A stretch of DNA of 64,000 nucleotides, taken from NCBI GenBank assembly GCA_963827655.1, contig CAWHCF010000049.1:192001-256000 (forward strand), written 5' to 3'. Shown piece by piece: positions 1-9,940 of this stretch. The first letter of the stretch is position 1. Each line of letters opens with the position of its first letter. The position numbers and the translations under genes are program-made. The notes beneath the pieces were generated by a model. The model saw nothing but the letters and a program-made list of their open reading frames with translations. It made no database searches and was not told the origin of the DNA. This stretch comes from an uncultured Acidobacteriota bacterium (GTDB taxonomy: Bacteria; Acidobacteriota; UBA6911).

Positions 1-2
1 CC

Positions 3-392
3 CTCCTGTTCCAGATGAACGCGCCACGAATCCTCCTGGGAGCGCTGCTGGGTGTTGCCGGAGCTGCCGTGGTCGCCTTCCTGTGGAGCCGGTACAGTCA
101 CCTGGTAGATCTGCGGCGTTTCCTTCAGGTGACGGCTGTTTTCCTCCTGGTATTTGTGGGTCAACTCATTCTCTATGGCGTCCACGAGCTTTCCGAAGCG
201 AATGTTTTTCCCAACAGCGCTGCCATCCACGACGCCACGGAGCCGTATGGTCCCGATGGAATATATGGCCAGTGGATTTCGTTTTCCCTGATTGCCATCC
301 CACTGGCATGGCTTGCCTGCTCCTGGCTGGCCGATCGCCTGAAGCGCGGCAGGGAATCCCGCTCTGTGCGGGCGGCCGCCTCTTCGGTGTAG
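3..392 (+). CDS. FTR1-family iron permease, C-terminal part (5' partial)
   Basis: Frame is open from the window edge. Hydrophobic helices with 'LRRFLQVTAVFLLVFVGQLILYGVHELSEA' resemble the FTR1/EfeU C-terminus. Confidence 0.7.
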   Translation, partial: LLFQMNAPRILLGALLGVAGAAVVAFLWSRYSHLVDLRRFLQVTAVFLLVFVGQLILYGVHELSEANVFPNSAAIHDATEPYGPDGIYGQWISFSLIAIPLAWLACSWLADRLKRGRESRSVRAAASSV

Positions 393-501
393 TTCCCTGT
401 ATCACCTGCGAATTCGTTTTTAAGAACAATTCTCTTATTCGGCAATTCCGAAGGCTGAAGGCTGACGGCTGTGCGCTATAGCTTTGCGACGTGACGGATC
501 T

Positions 502-1548
502 TCACACCAACGGCTGCTGCTGGGTAACACAGTGGAAAGCTCCCAATCCCCAGACTAGATCCCTCGCATCTATCCCGATGACTGTCCGAGAAGGAAAGAG
601 CCGCCTCAGGGTGTCCAGGGCGGTCGTGTCGCTTTGCTGTCCATAGGTTGGAACCAGCACAACGCCGTTAGCGATATAGAAATTGGCGTAGCTGCATGGA
701 AGCCGCTGCCCCTGGTAGTAGAGCGGACGAGGCATCGGCAGCGTGACGATCTGCAGCGGCTTGCCCGACTTATCCCGGATATGCTGGAGTCTTTCCAAGT
801 TATCTCTCAGAGCCGCGTAGTTCTCATCCAGGGGATCTTCTTCCACGACCGTCACCACAGTCGTCGGGCTGACGAAGCGCGCCAGGTCATCGATGTGGCC
901 GTCAGTGTCATCCCCGGCGATGCCCTGACCCAGCCACCAGAATTGAGTCACTCCCAGGAAGTCGCCGAGGAAGACTTCAATCTCGCGTTGGTTGAGGCCA
1001 GGGTTCCGGTTTGGATTCAGCAGGCACGACTCGGTCGTGAGTAGCGCTCCGTTGCCATTTACGTCGAGCGATCCTCCTTCCATGACTATTCCCGGCATGA
1101 AGCAGGGGGCTCCCAGCTCTTCGGCTACCCGGGCGGGAACCCGATCGTCCAGGTCGAAAGGCGGGTATTTGCCGCCCCAGGAGTTATAACCCCAGTCGAC
1201 GACGGCCATTTCTTGCCGGTTACCCAGGTCTCGCACGATGAAGATCGGACCGTGGTCGCGGCACCAGGCGTCATTGGTAGGGATTCGATGAAATCGGACT
1301 CGGTTCAGCTCAGCGCCGCGAAGCTGCAGGAGACTTCGCGCGCTCTCTTCCATGGCCGCGTCGCAAACGTTGATATGCACCTGTTCATGCGGACTCAGCA
1401 CACGGACGATTTCGGCGAAGACGGCAGGAATGGAGTTGAATTTCCCCGGCCAGGATTCCTCTTTGTGAGGCCAGCTCAGCCAGGTGGCGGCGTGCGGTTC
1501 CCACTCTGCGGGCATCCGATAACCGAGCTCTCGTGGGAGGAGACTCAA
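502..1548 (-). CDS. aguA: Agmatine deiminase (peptidyl-arginine deiminase family)
   Basis: Motifs MPAEWEPH, NDAWCRDHGP, MEGGS, DDTDGHID, SYANFY and GAFHCVTQQ. Probable TTG start at 1548 overlaps the upstream TGA (TTGA). Confidence 0.93.
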   Translation of the reverse strand: MSLLPRELGYRMPAEWEPHAATWLSWPHKEESWPGKFNSIPAVFAEIVRVLSPHEQVHINVCDAAMEESARSLLQLRGAELNRVRFHRIPTNDAWCRDHGPIFIVRDLGNRQEMAVVDWGYNSWGGKYPPFDLDDRVPARVAEELGAPCFMPGIVMEGGSLDVNGNGALLTTESCLLNPNRNPGLNQREIEVFLGDFLGVTQFWWLGQGIAGDDTDGHIDDLARFVSPTTVVTVVEEDPLDENYAALRDNLERLQHIRDKSGKPLQIVTLPMPRPLYYQGQRLPCSYANFYIANGVVLVPTYGQQSDTTALDTLRRLFPSRTVIGIDARDLVWGLGAFHCVTQQQPLV

Positions 1549-2417
1549 TCCAAGAACCTTTTGGTGAGGTCCCCGTAGGCTTCGAGCCTGCGGTCGCGTA
1601 GAAAAGGCCAGTGGGTTCGAACAATGTCGACGTTGTCGAGATCGCAAGCAACCAACAGAGTTTCCTCCTGATCCTGAGAACCCTCTTTCAAGACGCTTCC
1701 GCTCGGATCACACACAAAGCTGCCGCCCCAGAACTCGATGCCATCGGGTGGTGCCCCTTCGTGTCCGACTCGATTTACCGAGGCGACATAGACGCCATTG
1801 GCTATGGCATGACTTCTCTGGATTGTCTGCCAGGCTGAATGCTGGCTGGCGCCGTACTGCTGCTTCTCACTGGGGTGCCAGCCGATTGCGGTCGGGTAGA
1901 AAAGAATCTGGGCCCCGCCCAGCGCGGTCAAACGCGCTGCCTCGGGGTACCACTGGTCCCAGCAGACCAGAACGCCGATCCGTCCGTAGCGTGTCTCCCA
2001 GGCCGGAAAGCCAAGGTCTCCCGGTGTGAAATAAAACTTCTCATGGTAGAGCGGATCGTCAGGAATATGCATCTTGCGGTACTTGCCGAGATAGCTTCCA
2101 TCGGCATCGAGGATGGCGGCGGTATTGTGGTAGACGCCCGGAGCCCGGCGCTCGAACAGGGGAACAATTATGACCAACTTAAGCTCTCGAGCCAGCTTGC
2201 TCATAAGTTCCGTCGTGGGACCGGGGACTTCTTCGGCAAGTCTGAAGTTTGCATGGTCCTCGACCTGGCAGAAGTAAGGCGACTTGAAAAGCTCCTGCAA
2301 GCAAACCATCTGGGCGCCTTGCGCCGCGGCCTCTCGGATGCGCGTGACTGCCTTTTCGAGATTGGCTTCAGGCTTCCCCGCACACGACATCTGGATCAGT
2401 CCCACGTAAACACGCAT
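1545..2417 (-). CDS. aguB: N-carbamoylputrescine amidase (carbon-nitrogen hydrolase)
   Basis: Nitrilase triad motifs LQELF, YRKMHIPDDP and VCWDQWYPE. Adjacent to aguA. ATG at 2417. Confidence 0.9.
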   Translation of the reverse strand: MRVYVGLIQMSCAGKPEANLEKAVTRIREAAAQGAQMVCLQELFKSPYFCQVEDHANFRLAEEVPGPTTELMSKLARELKLVIIVPLFERRAPGVYHNTAAILDADGSYLGKYRKMHIPDDPLYHEKFYFTPGDLGFPAWETRYGRIGVLVCWDQWYPEAARLTALGGAQILFYPTAIGWHPSEKQQYGASQHSAWQTIQRSHAIANGVYVASVNRVGHEGAPPDGIEFWGGSFVCDPSGSVLKEGSQDQEETLLVACDLDNVDIVRTHWPFLRDRRLEAYGDLTKRFLD

Positions 2418-2639
2418 GGCGGTAATTATATCAAGAGATCCTAGCAACGAAGTCGCGAAGAAACACAGGTACAGGCGTCTGTTTCCTGGTGTTTCTTCGT
2501 GTCTTTGTAATCTTCGTGGTATTTGTTTCACGGAAGGCAATGAAACACCAGGCTACAAGGAGGGAGAGCATTTTTGAGCTTGTGGCAGGGATGGATCTCA
2601 TACAGAATCCCTCTCTGCGATTGAAACCAGGAGATTGAT

Positions 2640-2879
2640 ATGAGCGAAGCCAACCTCGTCGTCTTGAACAACGGCCCGCTGCGCGTGTCGGGAAACTTCG
2701 TGATCAGGGATGCCCAGGGAAATGCCTTTGATCTTTCGGGGCGCGATGCGATTTCCCTCTGCCGTTGCGGAAATTCAAACAACAAGCCTTTTTGCGATGG
2801 GTCTCACAACCGCGTAGGTTTTCAATCGGAGGTTCAGGCGCGGACGCTTCCGCCGCCTGCCCCGAAGCCGACGCTTTGA
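2640..2879 (+). CDS. CDGSH iron-sulfur domain protein
   Basis: LCRCGNSNNKPFCDGSH motif, NGPL motif, AGGAG RBS. Confidence 0.93.
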   Translation: MSEANLVVLNNGPLRVSGNFVIRDAQGNAFDLSGRDAISLCRCGNSNNKPFCDGSHNRVGFQSEVQARTLPPPAPKPTL

Positions 2880-2953
2880 GACGTCCCCGATTCGTGACTG
2901 AACTCTGAGCGAAGGGTTGTTGCCCTGAAACCGCTGCGAAACGAAGAAAGTTT

Positions 2954-3145
2954 TCAGCCGCGCGCGCGATCGCGGGCTGCGTTGTTAAAAGCATCGAGCA
3001 AGCGGAAGTACTCTTCGTGGTCAAAGACCCGGTTCGGATCGCCGTTATCCACCTCGCCTGCTGATTTCAGGCACAACCGGCATATCCAGAGGACGCGACC
3101 CTTTTCAAAAGTTTCGGTGTAGACTTTTTCGTGCTGGCAAGTCAT
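2954..3145 (-). CDS. Small hypothetical protein with CxH...CxxC (possible zinc ribbon)
   Basis: 63-aa ORF with AAGGA upstream. It fills an otherwise empty gap. Confidence 0.55.
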   Translation of the reverse strand: MTCQHEKVYTETFEKGRVLWICRLCLKSAGEVDNGDPNRVFDHEEYFRLLDAFNNAARDRARG

Positions 3146-3304
3146 GTGGGCAATCCTTATTCTGCAACGCCAGGTTTACTTCGTCAAGATAACTGAACGG
3201 CTGGGACTTTGTGCCTGTGCGGCCGTACGCGAAAACAGGATTCACCGCCGGGACACGAAGTCGCCAGTAACCGCGAGTTCTCCTTGATCTCAAGCGATAG
3301 CACC

Positions 3305-4453
3305 ATGACGGGCGGCGACCGGCCTTCCGCGACCCGGCATGGCTTTATCGATCTACTCCGCGGTTTCGCGCTGATTTTCATGATCGAGACCCACGTAGTC
3401 AACGCCTACTTGCCGGAGGCCTATCGCTCCAGCCAGTTTTTCTTCTGGCTCTCATTTGTCAATGGCCTGGTTGCTCCGGCTTTTCTTTTCGCCACCGGCT
3501 TTTCGGTCATCCTCCAGGCCAGCCGTAACTGGGATTCTTGGCTCAGATTCAGTTTGCCTTTCTTGAGGCAAATGCGACGGCTCGGGTTCATCACCCTGAT
3601 CGCCTACTACACTCACATCCAATGCTTCAAATTGAGCTGCTATCTGAACCCGGAGCAACCCGATCTCTGGAGAAAGACACTGCAGGTCGATATCCTTCAG
3701 TGCATCGTCGCATCGCTCCTGGTTGTTCACCTCCTGATTGTCGCTCTTCGAAAGCCTATCCTGACGGCATGGGGAGCCGGTCTGCTTGCGGCGCTTGTCG
3801 CTCTCTTGACACCCCTGGTCTGGTCCCAGGACTTCACCGGCCGGATTCCCCTTGGGCTTGCGCTTTTCCTCAATCCGCACGGAGTGTCTCTCTTTCCGTT
3901 GTTTCCCTGGACTTGTCTGGTCCTTTCCGGCAGCGTGGCCGCCTTCCTCTTCCTCAAGTCTGTGAAAGCGCGGCACGAAATCCGTCACATGCGAAACGTG
4001 TTTCTTCTCGGTCTCGTCATGATCGCCGGCGGGCTGATCGGGCGCTGGGCTCCCCTTACTCTTCCCGGACATGAGAGTTTCTACACCACGAGCCCGCTCT
4101 ACGTCATGATCCGGCTCGGGTGCGTCCTGGTCATCGTGGCTTTACTGGCCGGACTGGAGAAGCTCGCGCATCTTGTCCCAAAGTCAATACAGGTGGCAGG
4201 GCAGGAGTCGCTGCTGGTCTATGGTGTCCACCTCTGGCTCATCTTCGCCGTGTTCAGGGGAAAGCATGTGGGACCGATCCTGGGGCTGGAGGCCGGATAC
4301 GCGAAGTGCTTTTTGCTGAGCGCCGTTGTTACGGTATTCATGCTGTGGCTTGCGGGCTGGTGGCACAAGCTCAAGCGCGACTATCCCACTCGTGTCAGAC
4401 ACGCCCAGGCCACGGCCGTGATCATCATGATCCTTGTTTTCGTTCTTCGGTAG
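3305..4453 (+). CDS. DUF1624 / heparan-alpha-glucosaminide N-acetyltransferase-like membrane acyltransferase
   Basis: IDLLRGFALIFMIETH, VDILQCI, FPLFPW and GQESLLVYGVH motifs, with many TM helices. Confidence 0.8.
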   Translation: MTGGDRPSATRHGFIDLLRGFALIFMIETHVVNAYLPEAYRSSQFFFWLSFVNGLVAPAFLFATGFSVILQASRNWDSWLRFSLPFLRQMRRLGFITLIAYYTHIQCFKLSCYLNPEQPDLWRKTLQVDILQCIVASLLVVHLLIVALRKPILTAWGAGLLAALVALLTPLVWSQDFTGRIPLGLALFLNPHGVSLFPLFPWTCLVLSGSVAAFLFLKSVKARHEIRHMRNVFLLGLVMIAGGLIGRWAPLTLPGHESFYTTSPLYVMIRLGCVLVIVALLAGLEKLAHLVPKSIQVAGQESLLVYGVHLWLIFAVFRGKHVGPILGLEAGYAKCFLLSAVVTVFMLWLAGWWHKLKRDYPTRVRHAQATAVIIMILVFVLR

Positions 4454-4571
4454 CGCTGCAACCTAAGTCGCGCAGACTTAAGATTCTTCGGAGACGTGCA
4501 ATCTGAACCGGTTTCTTCCGAAGCAACAGATCGCGCCATGAACCCTAAGACTCGAAGAAACGCGAAGAACC

Positions 4572-6608
4572 TCACTGAGCCGGCGCGAGCTTGGTAGAAG
4601 CGAGCGGAAGTGGCGAGCGAAGAAAACGCAGGAACTCCTCGGGCTTTCGAGTCATTCCGGGGAAGGTAGCGATCTTGTTTCCTTGATGGTCCAGAATGAC
4701 GTAGAGCGGCAGGGCTACGGTGCCGAATTGGTCTTTTTGATAGCGCTGGTTGTCTTCGTATTGCTGGCCCGAGCCGTCGGTGTAAAGCTGAACTCGAACG
4801 AATTTCTCAAGCTCAGCATGGACCAGCGGGAGAGGGAAAATGTTTGCTTCCATCCAGCGGCAATTCGTACACGTGTACCCGGTAAAGTCGATAAAGACGC
4901 GTTTTTGAGTCGTGCGAGCCTGTTCCAGCGCAGGCTTCAGGCTGGTATGCCAGGTGAGGTCGGGTCCGCGGGAACCGCTCCCGGTTAAGGCAAGTCCTCC
5001 GGCATTTCGAGGAGGAAGAAAAGCCTCGAGCGTCCCCAGGCTTCCTCCGATCAAACCCGTGAAGAGATAAAAGCCGATCGCCAGGAAAGTCATTGCGGAC
5101 AACATCCGCATTACCCCGAGGCTTTCGACTGGTGAGTCGTGCGGCAGACGAAATGTGCCGAGCAGGTAGACTGTCGCCAGGACGGCGATCGAGAGCCAAA
5201 CCGCCAGGATTAACTCGCGAGTGAAGATCTGCCAGTTCCAGACCAGGTCTACGTTGGAAATGAACTTCATCGCAGCCGCGACTTCCAGGAAGCCCATCGT
5301 GACCTTGACGGAATTCAGCCAACCTCCGCTCTTGGGCAGCGAGGTGAGAAGCTGCGGGACGAGCGCCAGGATGAAAAACGGAGCCGCAAAGACAATCGAA
5401 AAACCGAGCATTCCAAGAGCCGGCCAGAGCCAGTCTCCCTGAGAGGTTGCGACCAGCACGGTCCCGACGAAGGGAACCGTGCAGGTGAAGCTGGTCAGAG
5501 TGAAGGTCAGTCCCATCAGCAGAGTTTGAACGTAGCCGCCGCTGTCCCCCGCCTTGGAGAGTCTGGTCAGGACGCTCGATGGAATTCCTATCTGGTATAA
5601 GCCAAAGAGGTTCAGCGCAAATCCAAGGAAAACCGCCGTAATCAGTAAATTCACCCACGGATTGGCCGCAAACTGGTTAATGCCGGTGGCTCCCAGCAGC
5701 GCGGCGAGCCCCAGGCCCAGGCCTGTGAATGTAAAGATGATACCCAGGCAATATATCGTCGCCTGCTTGAGTCCAGCTGATTTACCCGTCTCGGCATTCT
5801 TGGTGAAATAGGATACGGTGATCGGGATCATGGGAAAGACACACGGGGTGGCTAATGAAAGAGCTCCCATGGTCATGGCCAGCCACAAGAAAGGTAGAAA
5901 CCCACTCGATCGCGCCTCCGCCACTTCCGCCGCGGTTCCGGCGATTGCGCGAGCCGGGTCCGGATTCGCAGCGGGTTGGGAAGCCGAAATGGGCGCGGAT
6001 GAACCGGCGTCAGGAGGTACCGCAGGGTTCGCCGCGGATTCAGTTTCCGGCGCCGAGGTCGGCGCCTCAGCGCCTTTGCCAGGTTGCGCGGCCGTGCCGG
6101 ATGACACCTTTATCTTTACCGGAATGGGTACTTTGGCGGGTGGCAGACAGAGCGTGTCATTACACGCCATGTACACCACCTGAATCCTGGCTTCGTATTC
6201 GCCCGGCTTGGCATCGGCCGCCGCTTTCAGCGACACCCAGAAATCGGCGCCGACGGTAAAGAACTCGGTCGGAATCCCGAAATTAGGATCGAATTTGGTA
6301 GTCGGGGCCGACTGGCGGACGCGGCTTCCGATCTGGAAGGGCGGTCCCGAAAGGAGTGTGAAGCGTGTGGGAACGGGCCCGCCCGGCGGCTGCGTTGTGG
6401 AGTAAAGGTGCCAGTCCCCGTCGATGGTAGCTTCGATTTTTACCTCAACTTCTCCCCCTGCCGCGACAGGCTTGGCCGGTGGCCGTGCAACCCACCGGAC
6501 CGGCGGTTCAGAAGGAGCCTGGGCATGAGTTGGAACCTGGGCCAGAATGAATAAGGCCAGGATAGCGGCACAGCGGGAGCCAAGAAATACTCGACCTGAC
6601 CGGTCCAT
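4572..6608 (-). CDS. dsbD: Thiol:disulfide interchange protein DsbD (N-terminal Ig-like + TM + thioredoxin domains)
   Basis: Signal peptide, CNDTLC, TPCVFPMIPIT, SFTCT, PKSGGWL and FTGYTCTNC. Confidence 0.9.
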   Translation of the reverse strand: MDRSGRVFLGSRCAAILALFILAQVPTHAQAPSEPPVRWVARPPAKPVAAGGEVEVKIEATIDGDWHLYSTTQPPGGPVPTRFTLLSGPPFQIGSRVRQSAPTTKFDPNFGIPTEFFTVGADFWVSLKAAADAKPGEYEARIQVVYMACNDTLCLPPAKVPIPVKIKVSSGTAAQPGKGAEAPTSAPETESAANPAVPPDAGSSAPISASQPAANPDPARAIAGTAAEVAEARSSGFLPFLWLAMTMGALSLATPCVFPMIPITVSYFTKNAETGKSAGLKQATIYCLGIIFTFTGLGLGLAALLGATGINQFAANPWVNLLITAVFLGFALNLFGLYQIGIPSSVLTRLSKAGDSGGYVQTLLMGLTFTLTSFTCTVPFVGTVLVATSQGDWLWPALGMLGFSIVFAAPFFILALVPQLLTSLPKSGGWLNSVKVTMGFLEVAAAMKFISNVDLVWNWQIFTRELILAVWLSIAVLATVYLLGTFRLPHDSPVESLGVMRMLSAMTFLAIGFYLFTGLIGGSLGTLEAFLPPRNAGGLALTGSGSRGPDLTWHTSLKPALEQARTTQKRVFIDFTGYTCTNCRWMEANIFPLPLVHAELEKFVRVQLYTDGSGQQYEDNQRYQKDQFGTVALPLYVILDHQGNKIATFPGMTRKPEEFLRFLRSPLPLASTKLAPAQ

Positions 6609-6703
6609 GGCGCAAAATTATAGCAGCTTTCCATGTCGATGGTTGATTCTTTAGGTCTTCGTGGGGTTGCTTTGCGTCCTGGCGGTTAGCGCCAATAATG
6701 TTT

Positions 6704-6727
6704 AACGATTCCGGGGCAGGCATCGTC
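6704..6727 (+). promoter_or_regulatory. Putative ECF-sigma promoter (AAC-N17-CGTC)
   Basis: TTTAAC-gattccggggcaggcat-CGTCTAA lies about 25 nt upstream of the ECF sigma gene and fits the common ECF -35 AAC / -10 CGT pattern. Confidence 0.55.
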
Positions 6728-6750
6728 TAAGCTGTCGGAAAACCGGAAGA

Positions 6751-7392
6751 ATGGGATTGGAGAATCGCTTAAGCTGGGGGAATGTGCTTAGCCTTGAGCA
6801 CCCCGCGAAGGAGAGGCGCTTGACAGGTCCCGATGACCCGGGCGCGGCCTCGGATCTTGTCGAGGGCTGCAAGTTCGGGAAAATATCGGCTTACGAAGAA
6901 CTCTATCGAGTGCATGGTCCGCGCATGAAGAGCATTGCGTTGAATCTGCTGGGGAATGTTTCCGATGCAGAGGATGCGATCCAGGAGGCCTTTTTGAAGA
7001 TCTATCGCAGCGTGGGGAACTTCAAAGGGGAATCGACCTTTACCACCTGGATTTATCGCGTACTGGTGAACACGTGTTACGACTTGAGGCGAAAGCACAG
7101 ACGACGGCATGAGACGGCGGAGCTGGATGCTGATCCCGGCGGAATTCACCCGGCTCGTGAGGTTTCCGATCATCCTCTGAGAATGACTCTCCAAAAATGC
7201 CTGGCCCATTTACACCCGAGAAACCGAGCGGTTTTTCTTCTGTTCGAAGTCGAAGGGTTCAAGCACCGAGAAATCGCTGAAATTTTGAGCATTCCTGAAG
7301 GAACTTCGAAGAACCTCCTCTTCGAGGCCAAGCGAGAATTACAGCGGATGCTGTGGGAATCTTCGAACAGCGCGAGGACGCATGCGTCATGA
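6751..7392 (+). CDS. ECF RNA polymerase sigma factor
   Basis: Region 2 (DAEDAIQEAFL, FTTWIYRV) and region 4 (EIAEILSIPEGTSK). Exact start is uncertain. Confidence 0.92.
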   Translation: MGLENRLSWGNVLSLEHPAKERRLTGPDDPGAASDLVEGCKFGKISAYEELYRVHGPRMKSIALNLLGNVSDAEDAIQEAFLKIYRSVGNFKGESTFTTWIYRVLVNTCYDLRRKHRRRHETAELDADPGGIHPAREVSDHPLRMTLQKCLAHLHPRNRAVFLLFEVEGFKHREIAEILSIPEGTSKNLLFEAKRELQRMLWESSNSARTHAS

Positions 7393-8051
7393 AGATTGAA
7401 TGCAAAGACCTGCCTTACGTGCTTCGGCACGAAGAGCCCGAGTTGCTCAAGGCGCTCGAAGTCCACACCGAGACCTGCGCGCCATGCCGGGAGCAGTTCA
7501 AGATATGGAAGGAAATCTCACTCACCGCAGGCCAATTACGACAGGAGTGGGAGAGTCCTGGTTTGTGGCCCAGAATTCATCAGGCCCTGGCCGCCGAGTC
7601 TCAAGGCTCGAAGTCGACCAGATCCTGGAACAGCCTGATGTCGAGCTGGCAGGTGCCCGCCGCCGTCCTGGCGCTGATCCTGATCGCAATCTCGGGCGTT
7701 TGGGTTCTGCTGCGCAATTCTGAAACGGCGCCTGTCACCGACAATCGAGTCGATCAACGACAGCCGCTCCTTACCGAGCAGGCATTGCGCGACATCGAGA
7801 GCGCGGAAGCTGCTTATATCCAGTCGATTGAAAAGCTGTCTGCCGTTGTCGAGCCCAGAGTCCAGCAGGCGTCCTCGCCCCTCCTGATCAGCTATCGGGA
7901 AAAGCTGATGCTCATCGACGCCGCCATCAGTGAATGCCGCGCCAATATCGAGCGAAACCGTTTTAACGCGCATTTGCGTCAGGAGCTACTTTCGGTCTAC
8001 AGGGAAAAACAGGACACACTCCAGCAGGTTTTGAGGGAGGACAAGCAATGA
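7389..8051 (+). CDS. Zinc-finger (ZAS) single-TM anti-sigma factor
   Basis: HTETCAPC (HxxxCxxC), one TM helix, ATGA overlap with the sigma gene. Confidence 0.8.
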   Translation: MKIECKDLPYVLRHEEPELLKALEVHTETCAPCREQFKIWKEISLTAGQLRQEWESPGLWPRIHQALAAESQGSKSTRSWNSLMSSWQVPAAVLALILIAISGVWVLLRNSETAPVTDNRVDQRQPLLTEQALRDIESAEAAYIQSIEKLSAVVEPRVQQASSPLLISYREKLMLIDAAISECRANIERNRFNAHLRQELLSVYREKQDTLQQVLREDKQ

Positions 8052-9826
8052 GCTGCGATAGGCCCGGCAAGGCGCCGGCGACCATAATCCGGTTCTTTTC
8101 CTTTATAACGGTTTGGCTCTGTTGGAGCGGGCTTGTCCTGGCCGGCAGACCTGCACAGCGCGAGGAATTCACCAAGAGCTTTCAGAAGGCCGTGCAACTC
8201 TCGCCCGGGCTTGGAATCCGAATCGACCATCGGCACGGCGACATCGTCATACGCACTCATCGCCTGGAAGAGGCGCGCATCGATGCCATGATCCGCGTAT
8301 CGGCCGCGACGAAGGCCGATGCCACACGGTTCGGCGATCAAATCGAAATTCAGGTGGAGCAGACTGCCGCTGCGGTTTCAATCCGGACCAAATATCCGGA
8401 GTCGCGCGACGGGTCTCTCTTTCGCCGCCAGAACGTGTCTTTTTCCGTCGACTATCAGATTGTGATTCCCGAAAGCGCCCCTTTGAGCGTTCGAAATAGT
8501 TTCGGAAACGTCTCCGTGTCTCAGTTGAAAGCGAGCGCGGACATCACCAATGCTCATGGCCTCCTTGCCTTCAAGGACGGCGAGGGAACCCAGAGGCTGG
8601 AAAATTCATTCGGAGGAGTCGAAGTCACCGGGAATAGAGGCGATGTCACCATAACGAACGGCAACAATTTTGTCACCGTGGCAAATGTGGACGGCTCGGT
8701 CAATGTACGCAACCGATTCGGCAATGTGACTGCCACTAAAATAAGCAGGGCGGCCACAATTGTGAACAGCAACGGAAACGTCCTGCTGACGGGAGCCGCG
8801 GGTCCTTCCTCGATCGCGAACTCCTTCGGCGCGGCGAACGCGAGCGACATAACCGGCGACATCATCGTCAAGAATAACAATGGTGCCGTGGATGCGCGTA
8901 ACATACAGGGTGGGGCCGAGCTGAGTACGTCATTTGGCTCGATCAATTTTTTCGATATCGGCCGGAGACTGGCCTGTATCGCAACCAACACGCGTATAAC
9001 CGGGAGCAAGGTGGCTGGAGGCGCCGTGGTGCGCACGACCTTCGGCGCGGTCGAACTGCGCGACCTCGGGGGCGATACCGAGGTCCAGAATTCCAATGGC
9101 AAGATTTCGATTCAGGACGTGCGGGGCGAGGCGCTCCTTAAGACGAGTTTTGGAGCTATAGAAGCCATGGGCATTAGCGGGAACGCCACGGTCAGCAATT
9201 CCAACGCAGGCACCACGCTCAGTAATGTCCAGGGGGTGGTGGATATTCGCAGCTCCTTCGGGCCGATTGATGTAAGCGGAATCAGAAAAGGAGTCAAGAT
9301 AATCTCCGGAAACAGCAACGTCACGATCGCGGGTATTGCCGATGCTGCTTATGTGAAAACGACCTTTGGGCTGATAAAGGCAAGCCGCATCGGGGGTTCG
9401 CTCACCGCGGAGAATACGAACGGCGGAGTTACCGGCTCCTCCATCAAAGGCGCCGCGAACGTGCGGACTTCTTTTTCTTCAGTGATCCTGGATGGAGTGA
9501 GCGGCGGAGTCGACGTTTACAACCAGAATGGTTCTATCGAAGTATTGGGACTGGCCGCCAAGACGCCAGGCTCGCCGGGCTGCAATCCCATTATCCTTAG
9601 AACTTCCTTTTCTCCCATTCGGGTCTACCTTCCAGAAGACGCTGGATTCAATGTCACGGCTCGAACCTCTTTCGGCAAGATCAATAGCGAACTGCCGCTG
9701 ACCGTCAGCGGCAGCTTGAGCGCCGATGCCCTGTCGGGAAAAATCGGCACCGGCGAATGCGAATTGAATCTCACCAACAACAACGGCAATATCGAGATCC
9801 TTCGGGCATCCCTGAAGAAGAAGTAG
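8048..9826 (+). CDS. DUF4097-like secreted beta-strand repeat protein
   Basis: N-terminal hydrophobic segment, alternating 'SFG' and 'NxNG' beta repeats, ATGA overlap with the anti-sigma gene. Confidence 0.8.
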   Translation: MSCDRPGKAPATIIRFFSFITVWLCWSGLVLAGRPAQREEFTKSFQKAVQLSPGLGIRIDHRHGDIVIRTHRLEEARIDAMIRVSAATKADATRFGDQIEIQVEQTAAAVSIRTKYPESRDGSLFRRQNVSFSVDYQIVIPESAPLSVRNSFGNVSVSQLKASADITNAHGLLAFKDGEGTQRLENSFGGVEVTGNRGDVTITNGNNFVTVANVDGSVNVRNRFGNVTATKISRAATIVNSNGNVLLTGAAGPSSIANSFGAANASDITGDIIVKNNNGAVDARNIQGGAELSTSFGSINFFDIGRRLACIATNTRITGSKVAGGAVVRTTFGAVELRDLGGDTEVQNSNGKISIQDVRGEALLKTSFGAIEAMGISGNATVSNSNAGTTLSNVQGVVDIRSSFGPIDVSGIRKGVKIISGNSNVTIAGIADAAYVKTTFGLIKASRIGGSLTAENTNGGVTGSSIKGAANVRTSFSSVILDGVSGGVDVYNQNGSIEVLGLAAKTPGSPGCNPIILRTSFSPIRVYLPEDAGFNVTARTSFGKINSELPLTVSGSLSADALSGKIGTGECELNLTNNNGNIEILRASLKKK

Positions 9827-9849
9827 TCGTTGGTCTTCGCGCCCTGGCC

Positions 9850-9940
9850 GGCAAGTCGACGAAGCGCTTGTTATCCGGGTAGAGAACGTCGCGTAAGAAG
9901 AAGCGATCGATGACGAAGATGTTGCTGTCGAGTAGATCAA
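9850..9940 (-). pseudogene. Truncated PIN-domain toxin remnant
   Basis: An alternative frame reads LLDSNIFVIDRFFLRDVLYPDNKRFVD, like the first strand of a PIN domain, directly after the antitoxin. Similarity ends after about 30 aa. Confidence 0.55.
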
